The position numbers and the translations under genes were made by a program. A DNA stretch of 63,205 nt, the filler included, from Octopus bimaculoides (lineage: Eukaryota): assembly GCF_001194135.2 (NCBI RefSeq). It is 7 parts of 6 records of this genome, joined end to end, with 100 filler letters (N's around TTAATTAATTAA, not from the genome) between each part and the next. Parts side by side here need not be neighbours in the genome. Positions count along the whole stretch, not along the records: positions 50,386 to 55,380 come from NC_068991.1; positions 55,481 to 63,205 come from NC_068990.1; 5 more parts are not named here. One strand, written 5' to 3'. The notes under the pieces were generated by a model. It worked only from the letters and a program-made list of their open reading frames with translations, did not search any database and was not told where the DNA came from. Below are positions 51,240-63,205 of this stretch, in pieces. Numbering within the stretch: position 1 is the first letter of the stretch; every line of letters begins with the position of its first letter.

Positions 51240-52330
51240 AGTTTTATTTTTATAACGTGCTTTCACTTCACTACCGAGCGCAGCTCTGTGTGCCTTGGGT
51301 ATGTGCTGTGGTTTGCTGTGATGCTCTTGTGGTTACTGTATTGAAAGTGTTTTACATAGGATGTGTGCAGTGCCCAGTAGTGCAATTTTCTGTATGTTAT
51401 ATATATTTGTAAGTCCTGGTGTTTTTGTTATGTATTTGTCTGAATATTTTTTTATTATACTTAAGGCACCTATTATGATTCCACATTCGAGTTACCTCTA
51501 TTTCCAGGTCTTTGTATTTTGAAAGTTTTTCCATTTCTTTTAGTGAAACGTTGTCATCTGCTGGTATTGATACATCAATTAGAAAGCATTTTTTTTCTTC
51601 ATGATCTTTGACAACTATNNNNNNNNNNNNNNNNNNNNNNNNNNNNNNNNNNNNNNNNNNNNNNNNNNNNNNNNNNNNNNNNNNNNNNNNNNNNNNNNNN
51701 NNNNNNNNNNNNNNNNNNNNNNNNNNNNNNNNNNNNNNNNNNNNNNNNNNNNNNNNNNNNNNNNNNNNNNNNNNNNNNNNNNNNNNNNNNNNNNNNNNNN
51801 NNNNNNNNNNNNNNNNNNNNNNNNNNNNNNNNNNNNNNNNNNNNNNNNNNNNNNNNNNNNNNNNNNNNNNNNNNNNNNNNNNNNNNNNNNNNNNNNNNNN
51901 NNNNNNNNNNNNNNNNNNNNNNNNNNNNNNNNNNNNNNNNNNNNNNNNNNNNNNNNNNNNNNNNNNNNNNNNNNNNNNNNNNNNNNNNNNNNNNNNNNNN
52001 NNNNNNNNNNNNNNNNNNNNNNNNNNNNNNNNNNNNNNNNNNNNNNNNNNNNNNNNNNNNNNNNNNNNNNNNNNNNNNNNNNNNNNNNNNNNNNNNNNNN
52101 NNNNNNNNNNNNNNNNNNNNNNNNNNNNNNNNNNNNNNNNNNNNNNNNNNNNNNNNNNNNNNNNNNNNNNNNNNNNNNNNNNNNNNNNNNNNNNNNNNNN
52201 NNNNNNNNNNNNNNNNNNNNNNNNNNNNNNNNNNNNNNNNNAGTATGATTTCTTGTTTGTATTTGTCAGCTTCCTTAAATACTGAAAACAGTTTTTTGTT
52301 TTGCTCGTGTTTTGTTGCTATTTGTATTAG
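51240..52330 (-). mobile_element. R4/Dong-type LINE 3' portion spanning an N gap
   Basis: Reverse-complement homolog of about 44640-45655; TTA arrays at both ends. Confidence 0.8.
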
Positions 52331-52334
52331 GTTT

Positions 52335-52414
<80 letters not shown>

Positions 52415-52439
52415 TATTCAGTAGTCTTATTGTTATCAC

Positions 52440-52794
52440 ATGCCCTCACTGCACTACCGAGCGCAGCTCTGTGTGCCTTGGGTATGTGCTGTGGTTTGTT
52501 GTGATGCTCTTATGGTTACTGTATTGAAAGTGTCTTACGTAGGATGTGTGTGGTGCCTAGTAGTGCTATTTTCTGTATCTTATATATATTTGTTAGTCCT
52601 GGTGTTTTTGCTATGTATTTGTCTGAATATCTTTTCATCATGCCTAATGTACCTACTTTGATAGGAACTGTATATGTTTTCAGACTCCACATTCGAGTAA
52701 CCTCTATTTCCTGGTCTTTGTATTTTGAAAGTTTCTGCGTTTCTGTTAGAGAAACATTGTCATCTGTTGGTATTGATACATCGATTAAAAAGCA

Positions 52795-52797
<3 letters not shown>
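52440..52797 (-). mobile_element. R4/Dong-type LINE 3' end, tandem with the previous copy
   Basis: Reverse-complement homolog of 45270-45620, bounded by (TTA)n. Confidence 0.8.
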
Positions 52798-52852
<55 letters not shown>

Positions 52853-55831
52853 GATTGTTACCGTGAGCCGAACTATCTTCACGTTGCATGGAGGATTTTT
52901 AATACTTTTTTATCAAGTGCTACTGAAGGAAAAAATATTTTTGTTTCGATAATTTTTTAACAGGTCATAACCAGGCAGACAAAAAGTCTGTCATGTTTTA
53001 GACGTTTTATTTTTTCTTTTGTTATTTTTTTATATTCGACTCGAAATGATTTCTCGTCAGTTAAAAAAAAAAACACAACTACAAAAAATCAAACAAAGAA
53101 ATAAGAAAACAACTTTCGCTGCAGTATTCACACATTGCGCACGAAAAAATAATGTTTATTCTAACAGTTAAAAACGTTAATTCAAACAATTTGATCGATG
53201 CTATAATAACAATTACAGCAGTTACGACAACAAGAACGGTAACAACGATCACCACAACTACATCAGCACTACAACAACATCAACAATATAACCACACCCA
53301 CATGAAACGAATAAAACAAACAGATTTGAACGAGTAAAGATGTTAGTTTGAGCGACGCAGAATGTAATGTCAGTAATTCTTTCACGAGCGTTGTTAGCCG
53401 TAGTCATGCATTGGACATAAAAGATGAAGCGGAGACAAAAAAGGGCCACCTCACCTGAACTCTCTAAGAGTTAACACAGAGAATAACACGTATCTCTGCA
53501 TCTCTTTAAAAAAAGGGGTTTTCTTATGTATTTACACCATAATTGGAGGTATCACGGGTCAGTGCGGGGAAAGATATCGCCTTCATTGGGTTTTCTAGAG
53601 ATTATGAAGCCGTATGCCTTGTTTTAAAAACTGAGATGAGTCTGAGTGAAAACCAGGTCGAACTGGTGCGTCGTATACATGTAACATAACATGAGGGTTA
53701 CATGAAGGACATTGGTAATAAGAGTGACCAATGGTTTATCGTCACCATTGTGGCACAGTATGGGCAGAGGGTAAGCTGCAAAGTGTCTTGAAATGAAACC
53801 TGACCGGATGGAGTCTGCATGGACATGAAAAGTTCTAATGATATGTGGTCGGGTGGTGCCTCCGTGATATGGAAGCTGTAATGACCATCGTGGGCCACTA
53901 AGCTATTCTGGAGCTGTGATCTGTTGTGGAGTCGAAAATAAATTAGTTGAACTGATGACGTTGCAGAGAAAGTGCATCTGCTAGAGGTATGAGATTAAGG
54001 GCCATATCAGCTCTTTCTACTGAGAAGAAATTGCGAATCAGAAAAGGAGAGAACAATAAGGAACACTAGGAAAACAACAGGCCAAAGAAGCTGGTATTTT
54101 CAAAGCGCCACCGATTGAGGCTTAGGAAATAGCAGAAAAGAGCGCCCCCACCATTGGTCTCGGCAGCCGAAGATCAGCAACCTTCATTCCCCAGCCATAA
54201 TCAGTAGTTATAATCCATAATTTTACGATGGTTACGAAGAGATGGACAATGAAGAGAAGTGGCAGATTATAGAAGGAAGGAATAAAAGAATAAAACAGAA
54301 TCCTATAAAAGAAAAGTGCATCGTACGAGAAGGTGAGTAGAATGGAGGAGAGAGATTTGAGGGTTGCTATTGCTTGAAAGACAAGTGGTGTCCCCAAGGG
54401 GTTTATGGGAGGGACAAAGTTAATATCAAGAACTAAGACGGCGTTCTAATTGAAGAGACGGATATAGAACCGAATGAGTTTGATAACCACTCAGACGGTT
54501 GAAAGAGAGAGAGGGGTGAGAGAGATGGGAAGAGGGTGAGACAGAGAGAGAGAAAATGAGAGGGTGAGATGGAGAGATGGAGAGAGCATGGGGTGAGAGA
54601 AATGGGGGGGGGGAGAGAGAAAGTAAAACTGTATGAGCGAGATCGATAGTAAAACAAATTAAATCAGGATGTTGAGTAAAATTATGAATCCTATCCTGAA
54701 TATGAAAGCAAACAGTGCAGAGAGCTTCTTAGAATGCGAAGAGATAATTACTTTCTTTTAAATTCCTTATATTTCGGGTGTATCTCTGCATTATTTCTTC
54801 AATTCTATCCTTATGTCGCAATACTTCATGCAAACTAAACACTCTTCCATTCTTGAAGATATCCAGTTCTGTTCTTTATTTGTTTTGTAGAAAGTAAAAG
54901 AAAGGGATGAGGTTACGAAGTACAGTCGTACTTTCTAGAATCGCAATCAATACAGGACAGAGAGGAAAAAGCAAAAACATTTATGTAAAAGCTTCATGTA
55001 AGAACCCCAAGGATTCTTAATAATAATTTTTCATTATTATTATGTCCAATTATTTTGGCAGAATGATGCGGAAAATGTGAAAAAAAAAACAAACAATTAA
55101 TTGTAAAAGAATTTTTAGTTGTAAAGTAAAAAGGAAAACATATATAATGAGTTCGTAGAATATTTTAAGTTATTTCTTGAACGAAGTGCGAAGAAGATAA
55201 AAATATAAACATGCAATAAAAAATATTGATGGGAAAAAGTTAATTAGGGCTTTCTTTATATATCAATATTACACATGCGCACTATAGTCTCTCTCTCTGC
55301 TTCTCTCTCTCTCTGCTTCTCTCTCTCTCTGCTTCTCTCTCTCTCTGCTTCTCTCTCTCTCTGCTTCTCTCTCTCTCTGCNNNNNNNNNNNNNNNNNNNN
55401 NNNNNNNNNNNNNNNNNNNNNNNNTTAATTAATTAANNNNNNNNNNNNNNNNNNNNNNNNNNNNNNNNNNNNNNNNNNNNCAATAAACTATATAAGTGCT
55501 GAGGATGATGACAGTGACGAAGATGGTGATGGTGATGGTGGCGACGTTGTTGTTGTTGTTGTTGTGGTGGTGGTGGTGGTGGCACAGGAGGCAGCAGAGG
55601 CAGCGGAGGCAGCGGCTGCAGCGATTGCGACACAGGCAGAGATAGCAGCGGTAGCGGTGGTGATGGTGGTGGTATTGATGGGCATAGTGCTTGTTGATGT
55701 CACGTTGGATAAACGTGTTATGCTATTTCTAAGTTGGGCAAAAATTTGGGCAGAGATACATATGTCGCCTACATGCTTACCTACTTATCCTTCTGTTTAA
55801 GCGTACATACTTGCGTCCGCATCTGTATTAC

Positions 55832-55868
<37 letters not shown>

Positions 55869-57965
55869 TGTATGTATGTATGTCCGTGTGTGTGTAAGTA
55901 GAGATATATGCATAGTGTATATACTGTAATTATATGTCTATATAGAGTTGCATCTAGATCGCATGGTTCCGGATTCAGTCCCATTGAGTGCTACGTTTGG
56001 CGAGTGTCTTCTACTAAAACCACGGGATTTTATATATATTTTTATATATATTTGTGTGTGCGCGCGTGCGTGTGTGTCACTGTATTTGCCCCCGTAACTT
56101 AGCGATTTAATAAGTGCCAGGCTTAAAAAGAAAAATAAGTACAGGGGTCGATTCGTTCGACTAACATTTTTAAAGTCTTTGCCCCAGCATGGGCGCAGTC
56201 TAATGACTGAATAAAGTAAAAGATTAAAGTTACACACACACACTAACACACCCGAAGACCTGGTCCCAACGCCCATGCAAGCCGAACNNNNNNNNNNNNN
56301 NNNNNNNNNNNNNNNNNNNNNNNNNNNNNNNNNNNNNNNNNNNNNNNNNNNNNNNNNNNNNNNNNNNNNNNNNNNNNNNNNNNNNNNNNNNNNNNNNNNN
56401 NNNNNNNNNNNNNNNNNNNNNNNNNNNNNNNNNNNNNNNNNNNNNNNNNNNNNNNNNNNNNNNNNNNNNNNNNNNNNNNNNNNNNNNNNNNNNNNNNNNN
56501 NNNNNNNNNNNNNNNNNNNNNNNNNNNNNNNNNNNNNNNNNNNNNNNNNNNNNNNNNNNNNNNNNNNNNNNNNNNNNNNNNNNNNNNNNNNNNNNNNNNN
56601 NNNNNNNNNNNNNNNNNNNNNNNNNNNNNNNNNNNNNNNNNNNNNNNNNNNNNNNNNNNNNNNNNNNNNNNNNNNNNNNNNNNNNNNNNNNNNNNNNNNN
56701 NNNNNNNNNNNNNNNNNNNNNNNNNNNNNNNNNNNNNNNNNNNNNNNNNNNNNNNNNNNNNNNNNNNNNNNNNNNNNNNNNNNNNNNNNNNNNNNNNNNN
56801 NNNNNNNNNNNNNNNNNNNNNNNNNNNNNNNNNNNNNNNNNNNNNNNNNNNNNNNNNNNNNNNNNNNNNNNNNNNNNNNNNNNNNNNNNNNNNNNNNNNN
56901 NNNNNNNNNNNNNNNNNNNNNNNNNNNNNNNNNNNNNNNNNNNNNNNNNNNNNNNNNNNNNNNNNNNNNNNNNNNNNNNNNNNNNNNNNNNNNNNNNNNN
57001 NNNNNNNNNNNNNNNNNNNNNNNNNNNNNNNNNNNNNNNNNNNNNNNNNNNNNNNNNNNNNNNNNNNNNNNNNNNNNNNNNNNNNNNNNNNNNNNNNNNN
57101 NNNNNNNNNNNNNNNNNNNNNNNNNNNNNNNNNNNNNNNNNNNNNNNNNNNNNNNNNNNNNNNNNNNNNNNNNNNNNNNNNNNNNNNNNNNNNNNNNNNN
57201 NNNNNNNNNNNNNNATATATATGCACACATACATACTGATGAATGGGTGAATATGCAAGAGCAAGTCCACTATAACTCTTTAAGGAAGATTTTGGAATTT
57301 CCATAGAGAAAAAATAAAAGGATGCCAGACACTGTGAGTTATCCTAATCCACGCACGTGAGGATTTAATTTTTACATACATATCTGCTTTTTATCCTTAC
57401 TTTCCTATATATTTCCATATAATATTTTGTCTTATAAATTTTCAAATAATCTGGATGTTTATTATGCAACGCATCTCGTTTCGAATTTCTCATAAATTCT
57501 CCGTTCTGAACACTTCTGTGTAGAAAGTCTCATTTATTGCTCGTATCAGAAATCTTTGTTAGAATAGTTACCTCTAATTATTACAGTTATTCAATAAGAA
57601 AGTTCTTTTGATATCTAGGTATATGCTACTTTGATATCTAGGTATATGCAGTTCATATTCAAAAGCGTAGTGTGCAGCAGACTAAATTAATACTTGGAAA
57701 CCTGTGTTTCTGTATTTGCCAAAACCTTGCTGAAAAAGATCTGTCATCCTCTTTCTTGTACTGTAGTAACATATTTAAAAGAAATCATGTTGTCGGTGCG
57801 TTTAATTATTCCAGCAGTAATGTCTCAGTTTAGGAATTCAGTCAGGCGACAACTGATGTTAATGTGTGTGTGCCTCTGTGTGTGTGCGTGCGTGCATGTA
57901 TGCATACACAGACACACACATATATAAATATATATTTATATGTATGTATGTATGTNNNNNNNNNN

Positions 57966-58002
<37 letters not shown>

Positions 58003-58055
58003 TACATACATATAGACATACATACATATAGATATAAATACATATAGACATACAT

Positions 58056-58086
<31 letters not shown>

Positions 58087-58091
58087 CACAT

Positions 58092-58122
<31 letters not shown>

Positions 58123-59084
58123 TAGATATAGATATTCGCTGATATGAATTATACATACATACGGACATACACATTCAAACACGCACACACACACACACAT
58201 ATATATATAGTGAGAATACAGCGACAGAAGCAAACATACAGAGAAACAAAGAGATAGACTGATATAGACATATGTCTCTCAATTTGATGGTGTTCCAATA
58301 GAGAAAGTTTGAAAATATTTAGGTTAATGCATTTGATGTCATATCAAAGTGTTATTTTCGCAAATTATGTACGTACACGCATAAGGTGGCGAAGAGTCAG
58401 CATGATTACCACGCCGGATAAAAAATGCTTAGCGGCATCTTTTCCGGCTTCATATTCTGAGTTCAAATACATCCCCGATCGACTTTGCCTTGCAGTATTT
58501 CGGGGTAAATAAAATAGGTACCAGTTGACCACTACAGTCAATGCAATCGACTCGTCTGATTCGTGAAGTTTTTAGTCATTGTAGCTATAGTAGAAACGAT
58601 ATACATGTACACACAAACACACACACATACATTTGTAAATATATATACACACACACATATAAATGTATATGGGCATACATATATGCGTATGTGTTTGTAT
58701 ATATATATATATATATATAAATGTTTATATAGATAATGTGTGCGTATATATGTGTGTATATANNNNNNNNNNNNNNNNNNNNNNNNNNNNNNNNNNNNNN
58801 NNNNNNNNNNNNNNNNNNNNNNNNNNNNNNNNNNNNNNNNNNNNNNNNNNNNNNNNNNNNNNNNNNNNNNNNNNNNNNNNNNNNNNNNNNNNNNNNNNNN
58901 NNNNNNNNNNNNNNNNNNNNNNNNNNNNNNNNNNNNNNNNNNNNNNNNNNNNNNNNNNNNNNNNNNNNNNNNNNNNNNNNNNNNNNNNNNNNNNNNNNNN
59001 NNNNNNNNNNNNNNNNNNNNNNNNNNNNNNNNNNNNNNNNNNNNNNNNNNNNNNNNNNNNNNNNNNNNNNNNNNNNNNNNNNNN

Positions 59085-59130
<46 letters not shown>

Positions 59131-60542
59131 ATATACACATATACGCAAACACATACATATGCATACATGTAATTGTGCATGTGTTTATGTCTAAGTTCAT
59201 AATGCATACAATCATTCAGAATTACAAAGGTCTGGAGCAATTTTCTGAATGGGACGGAAATGGTTCTTGTCTATTCAATAGTTTTGATGAATACATTATT
59301 ATTGTTCAAACACGGACGATAAGAATTCTTCGATTTATCTGTTTCGTTCACTTGAGGCAATTCATTCTTTTCACACAGTATTACTAGTCTCGTGTTTTTC
59401 TTTTTATTTTTGCATCTTCATCTTTATGGTTATTTTGTATTGCTTTGCTATTAGCGTTTATCTACATGTTTCAGTCAGTGAGCTGGTAGAAGCGTTGGCT
59501 GGTAGAAGCGTTGGCTGGTAGAAGTACTGGACGAAATACTTAGCGGCATTTAGTTCGTCTTTACGCTCTGGGTTCAAATACCGCTTTCCCAATATTTTCA
59601 ACCATCAGAGAAATCTGAGACTTATGAAAGGAAAGCTTTGCATTAATTAGAACGTACGAAATAAGGACTAAATTACGAAGAGAAGTGCAAATGCTTAGAA
59701 CAAATCTATGAAAATGTCTTGGACAGATAAAGGGTTAAAGCAATACCGAGTCGTTTCAAGGAGATAAGTTTTCTATTATTAAGAGATTTTTGCACTTTTG
59801 CTACCGATTCTTTATGACAAAATGGATTACTCTCTAAAGATTCTCAGAGCAGCTGAAGAATAAATATACGTACAGGCTTAGTATATTTTGGATAATAGAT
59901 CTTAAAGTCTATTATTTCATTGAGCCTGCTGGAGGAAAACGTACGTTTAATCACCGAAGGTTTTGAATGCGTAATGTAATGGAACAATGGAAATAATTTA
60001 CTCTGGCACCCTACTGTTTATTTCACTCAAAGCCCATGCCTCTTTTCATACTTACAAAACAGAGTTAAAGTATAATCTTGTTGCAAGAAGCGTTTGCTAA
60101 ATTTACTTAAGCAATCTTCTTAATACGCAGGTTTGCTTTCGAAATACAACAAACCAAAATAATAACAACTTATTTGCTGCTTGTTGGTATTACTGGCAGC
60201 CAACAGAACATATGTGATCTTGTATGTCCTGGTAATTTTACACTTTTAAATCGTATTCCCATGAAATCTTAAGAGCTTCGTTTCAAATCTAGTTTGGTTT
60301 ATCAGAACCAAAATTGCACCGTACCTAACAAATTTTGTTCCTTAACCACGTTCAAATGAGACCAACTTTAACATAAACCATAATGATTGCATAACTGTGT
60401 ATAGCCTGCATTATTTTCTACAAGTACAAAACTAAATATTGAACGTAAACGCCTAAGATTTAATTGTACTAAGACAAAAAGAACGTTCGTTATTTACATT
60501 ATTTACATTCGACGGATATTTGTCCTCATCTTGTTTGTTGTT

Positions 60543-60588
60543 AACACAACGTCTCGGCTGATATACCCTCCAGCCTTCATCAGGTGTC
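60543..60588 (-). ncRNA. Second copy of the same hammerhead, GAAA mutated to GAGA
   Basis: Minus: GACAC-CTGATGA-A-GGCTG(gagggtatat)CAGCC-GAGA-CGTT-GTGTT; flanks nearly identical to 32466-32590. Confidence 0.7.
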
Positions 60589-60637
60589 TTGGGGAAATTT
60601 CGAACCTAAGTTCTCATTCCTCAGGTATTTTTCGATG

Positions 60638-60707
<70 letters not shown>

Positions 60708-60922
60708 CATTATTATTATTATTTATTTTATTTTGAACCAGACCAGTTGAAGACACACGAGATGTTGAAATATTGTCGTTGTTCAAAGGACCAATAAATA
60801 AGTTACTTTCGAGTTGCGCTTTTTGTCATTGAGTTGGCGGTAGTGATGGATTACGTCAGCTATGTTTACCTTAGTGATGGAATTTGGCAATCGTATACAA
60901 AAGTTAAGAACTCATCTTTCTA

Positions 60923-61054
<132 letters not shown>

Positions 61055-62702
61055 GGCAGCGAGTTGGTAGATGCTTTAGAACGCCGGGCAAACGCTTAGC
61101 AAGATTTCGTCTGTTATTGCGATCTGAGTTCAATGCCAACCGAGGTCGACTTAACCTTTTATCCTCTCGGGGTCGATAAAATAAGTAAGTGCTAGTTGAG
61201 TACTGGGGGTCGATGTAATCGACTTACGCTCTCCTCTGAACTTACTGGTCTCGAGCCAAATATTGAAACCATTATTATTGTTGTTGATGTTGCAACTACT
61301 ACTGCTTTGCGGCTGCAACCATCACTACAAGTAACAATAGTAGTAGTAGTAGTAGTAGTGTATCACTAACTTTCAGTTCTGAGTTAAAAATCCTGGCGGC
61401 ATTTACTGTTAAGCTATACATTTCAACCTCTGTCCCGTATGGCGTTTTTATAAGTGTAATTAGTAATCAGTGCCAGAAATTCCGCATATACCTATTTCAA
61501 AGTATGCATTGAAGAAAACCCCGCAGATACACCTGGAAGGAATCCAATTTAAGTGTGCACAAATAATATGAAGATTAATTTCTATACAAGAGCAATTATT
61601 TAACGCTCAACACACTTAAACGTTTTCATCAACGCGTTATTATAATTAAAGCATTAAATGTTTATCGTAGTATTAATATGTTGAAAACGAGGGAAGAGGT
61701 GTGAAATCTTGTTTTAACTGACAATGATGGAATCTACACACCTATATACATCTTTATATATACTGTACCGGTTTCTATATCTGTTTACATACATGTATGT
61801 ATGCGTGTGTACGTGTGAGTGAGTGTGTCTGCGTCTGCGTATGTATGTATGTATGTATGTATGTATGTATGTATGCATGTATGTATGCTTGTAAGTATAG
61901 GAATCTTTATTATAGAGAGTATAGATACGTTCTGAACCGTCACCAGATTTATGAATTTATTAACATTTTTAGATAGAAGACACGCAAAACAAATCGTGAT
62001 AGCTCAAGGTCTATAGAGATGGTCCGTGCAAAAATTTAAACAGACAAATAAACACTGCGTATGNNNNNNNNNNNNNNNNNNNNNNNNNNNNNNNNNNNNN
62101 NNNNNNNNNNNNNNNNNNNNNNNNNNNNNNNNNNNNNNNNNNNNNNNNNNNNNNNNNNNNNNNNNNNNNNNNNNNNNNNNNNNNNNNNNNNNNNNNNNNN
62201 NNNNNNNNNNNNNNNNNNNNNNNNNNNNNNNNNNNNNNNNNNNNNNNNNNNNNNNNNNNNNNNTATATATATATAGGAGTGGCTATATGGTAATTAGTTT
62301 GCTTACCAGCCACATGGTTTCGGGTTCAGTCCCACTGCGTGGCACCTTACGTAAGTGTCTTCTACTATAGCCTCAGGCCGATCAAAGCCTTCTGAGCGCC
62401 TTCAGGTACGCTGCTAATGGCACTAGCGTGAACAAAAATTACATAAAGAATAGTTAATCCCATACTCGAATTTCGCCATTAATGACCATATAAATTAATA
62501 TGGCACTAGTAGTTCATTAGTGGGATTGCTAAAGAATGCGTAATTATTTAGCTTTAATACTTACTGAAAAAAAAAAACGTGCGCAAGACTTCTCCATCTT
62601 TATACATTACGGATTCAAATTTAGTGCGCTAGCGTAGTCAAATAGTCCAAAAATAAATAATTTTTAACTGGTTACTATCTGGCCTCAGAATTGGAAAATT
62701 TT

Positions 62703-63171
62703 ACTGTGTAAATTATGAGGGTAAAAAAGTAAAATAATTGTTACCAGTGGCTCACATGCGTAATAAAATCCATAATGGATCCATAATGTATAATTATGGA
62801 GCTCTCTTGCGCGCGTGTTTTCGGTACATATTAAAGCAACATAATTATGCATTCTTTAGCTATCTCACTGATGAACTATAGATGCCAAACTACTTTAATT
62901 GGTTATTAATAGCGAAACTCGAGTATAGGATTAACTAATTTTTTTTCTCTTTATTCTATTGTTATTCAAAGTGTGCCTTCAGAATTATTTTTTAGTGCTT
63001 TTGGTTTAATTGCCCTTTCTAGGATGTAAGAAATCCTTTAAGCGTCTTTCCTCTGTGTATAAATCTCTATACACTCTTATATATAAAAAATTGACTTAAG
63101 ACTTTTATATACGCATGTGAACCACTGATAATAAATTATTTTAATTTTTTTACCCTCATAATTTACACAGT
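62703..63171. mobile_element. MITE with about 68-bp imperfect TIRs
   Basis: ACTGTGTAAATTATGAGGGTAAAAAA... at 62703 and its reverse complement ending at 63171. Confidence 0.7.

Positions 63172-63205
<34 letters not shown>

Noticed and set aside
54750-54870. Candidate upstream SKOR exon (LHEVLRHKDRIEEIMQRYTRNIRNLKE) on minus
   Set aside because: Open and helical-looking with a gtaatt donor, but the acceptor is weak and it does not match the SKOR EELQK.L.EQ..LR.KLE.EF pattern.
55488-55800. Poly-Ala/Thr or poly-Pro/Gln/His ORFs resembling a transcription-factor exon
   Set aside because: Open on both strands because of triplet repeats; no convincing splice sites or family motif.
37305-59240. Long ORFs (170-430 aa) in the track filled with X
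   Set aside because: They run through N gaps and dinucleotide repeats. The only real coding-like part is the LINE zinc-finger piece at 39438-39776.
59483-59525. Short direct repeats (gctggtagaagcgttg x2.7; also tttgatatctaggtatatgc x2 near 57607-57649) as a CRISPR-like array
   Set aside because: Adjacent slippage duplications without unique spacers, in eukaryotic DNA.

Overview
AT-rich, microsatellite- and transposon-dense animal genomic DNA. The SINE/LINE families and repeat style look like Octopus; this is recognition from memory, not a database result. The window is cut into seven segments by six identical artificial 100-bp linkers (N44-TTAATTAATTAA-N44), so adjacency across them is not supported at base level. 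Two host genes can be assembled by hand, and neither is shown as a usable ORF in the track. (1) On +, six GT-AG, phase-compatible exons (16074-29828, 342 codons) encode the N-terminal, pre-helicase half of a divergent MOV10/Armitage/SDE3-type RNA helicase; its helicase-core exons were not found. (2) On -, two short exons (40279-40353, 36628-36693) encode the C-terminal coiled coil of a SKOR/CORL/fussel corepressor. The rest is Tc1/mariner relics, piggyBac-type MITEs, RTE, CR1 and Hero LINE fragments, a cluster of R4/Dong-type LINEs in (TAA)n tracts (one near full length), several tRNA-derived SINE families, simple repeats and gaps. The most notable observation is four minimal type-I (Penelope-type) hammerhead ribozyme motifs from three repeat families. 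One sits in a short element with a tRNA-like Pol III head (32455-32780), resembling a SINE/retrozyme-like self-cleaving retroelement. A 42-bp intronic hairpin, whose four non-Watson-Crick pairs are all G-U on the transcribed strand, is also worth testing. Most listed ORFs are microsatellite or N-run artefacts.
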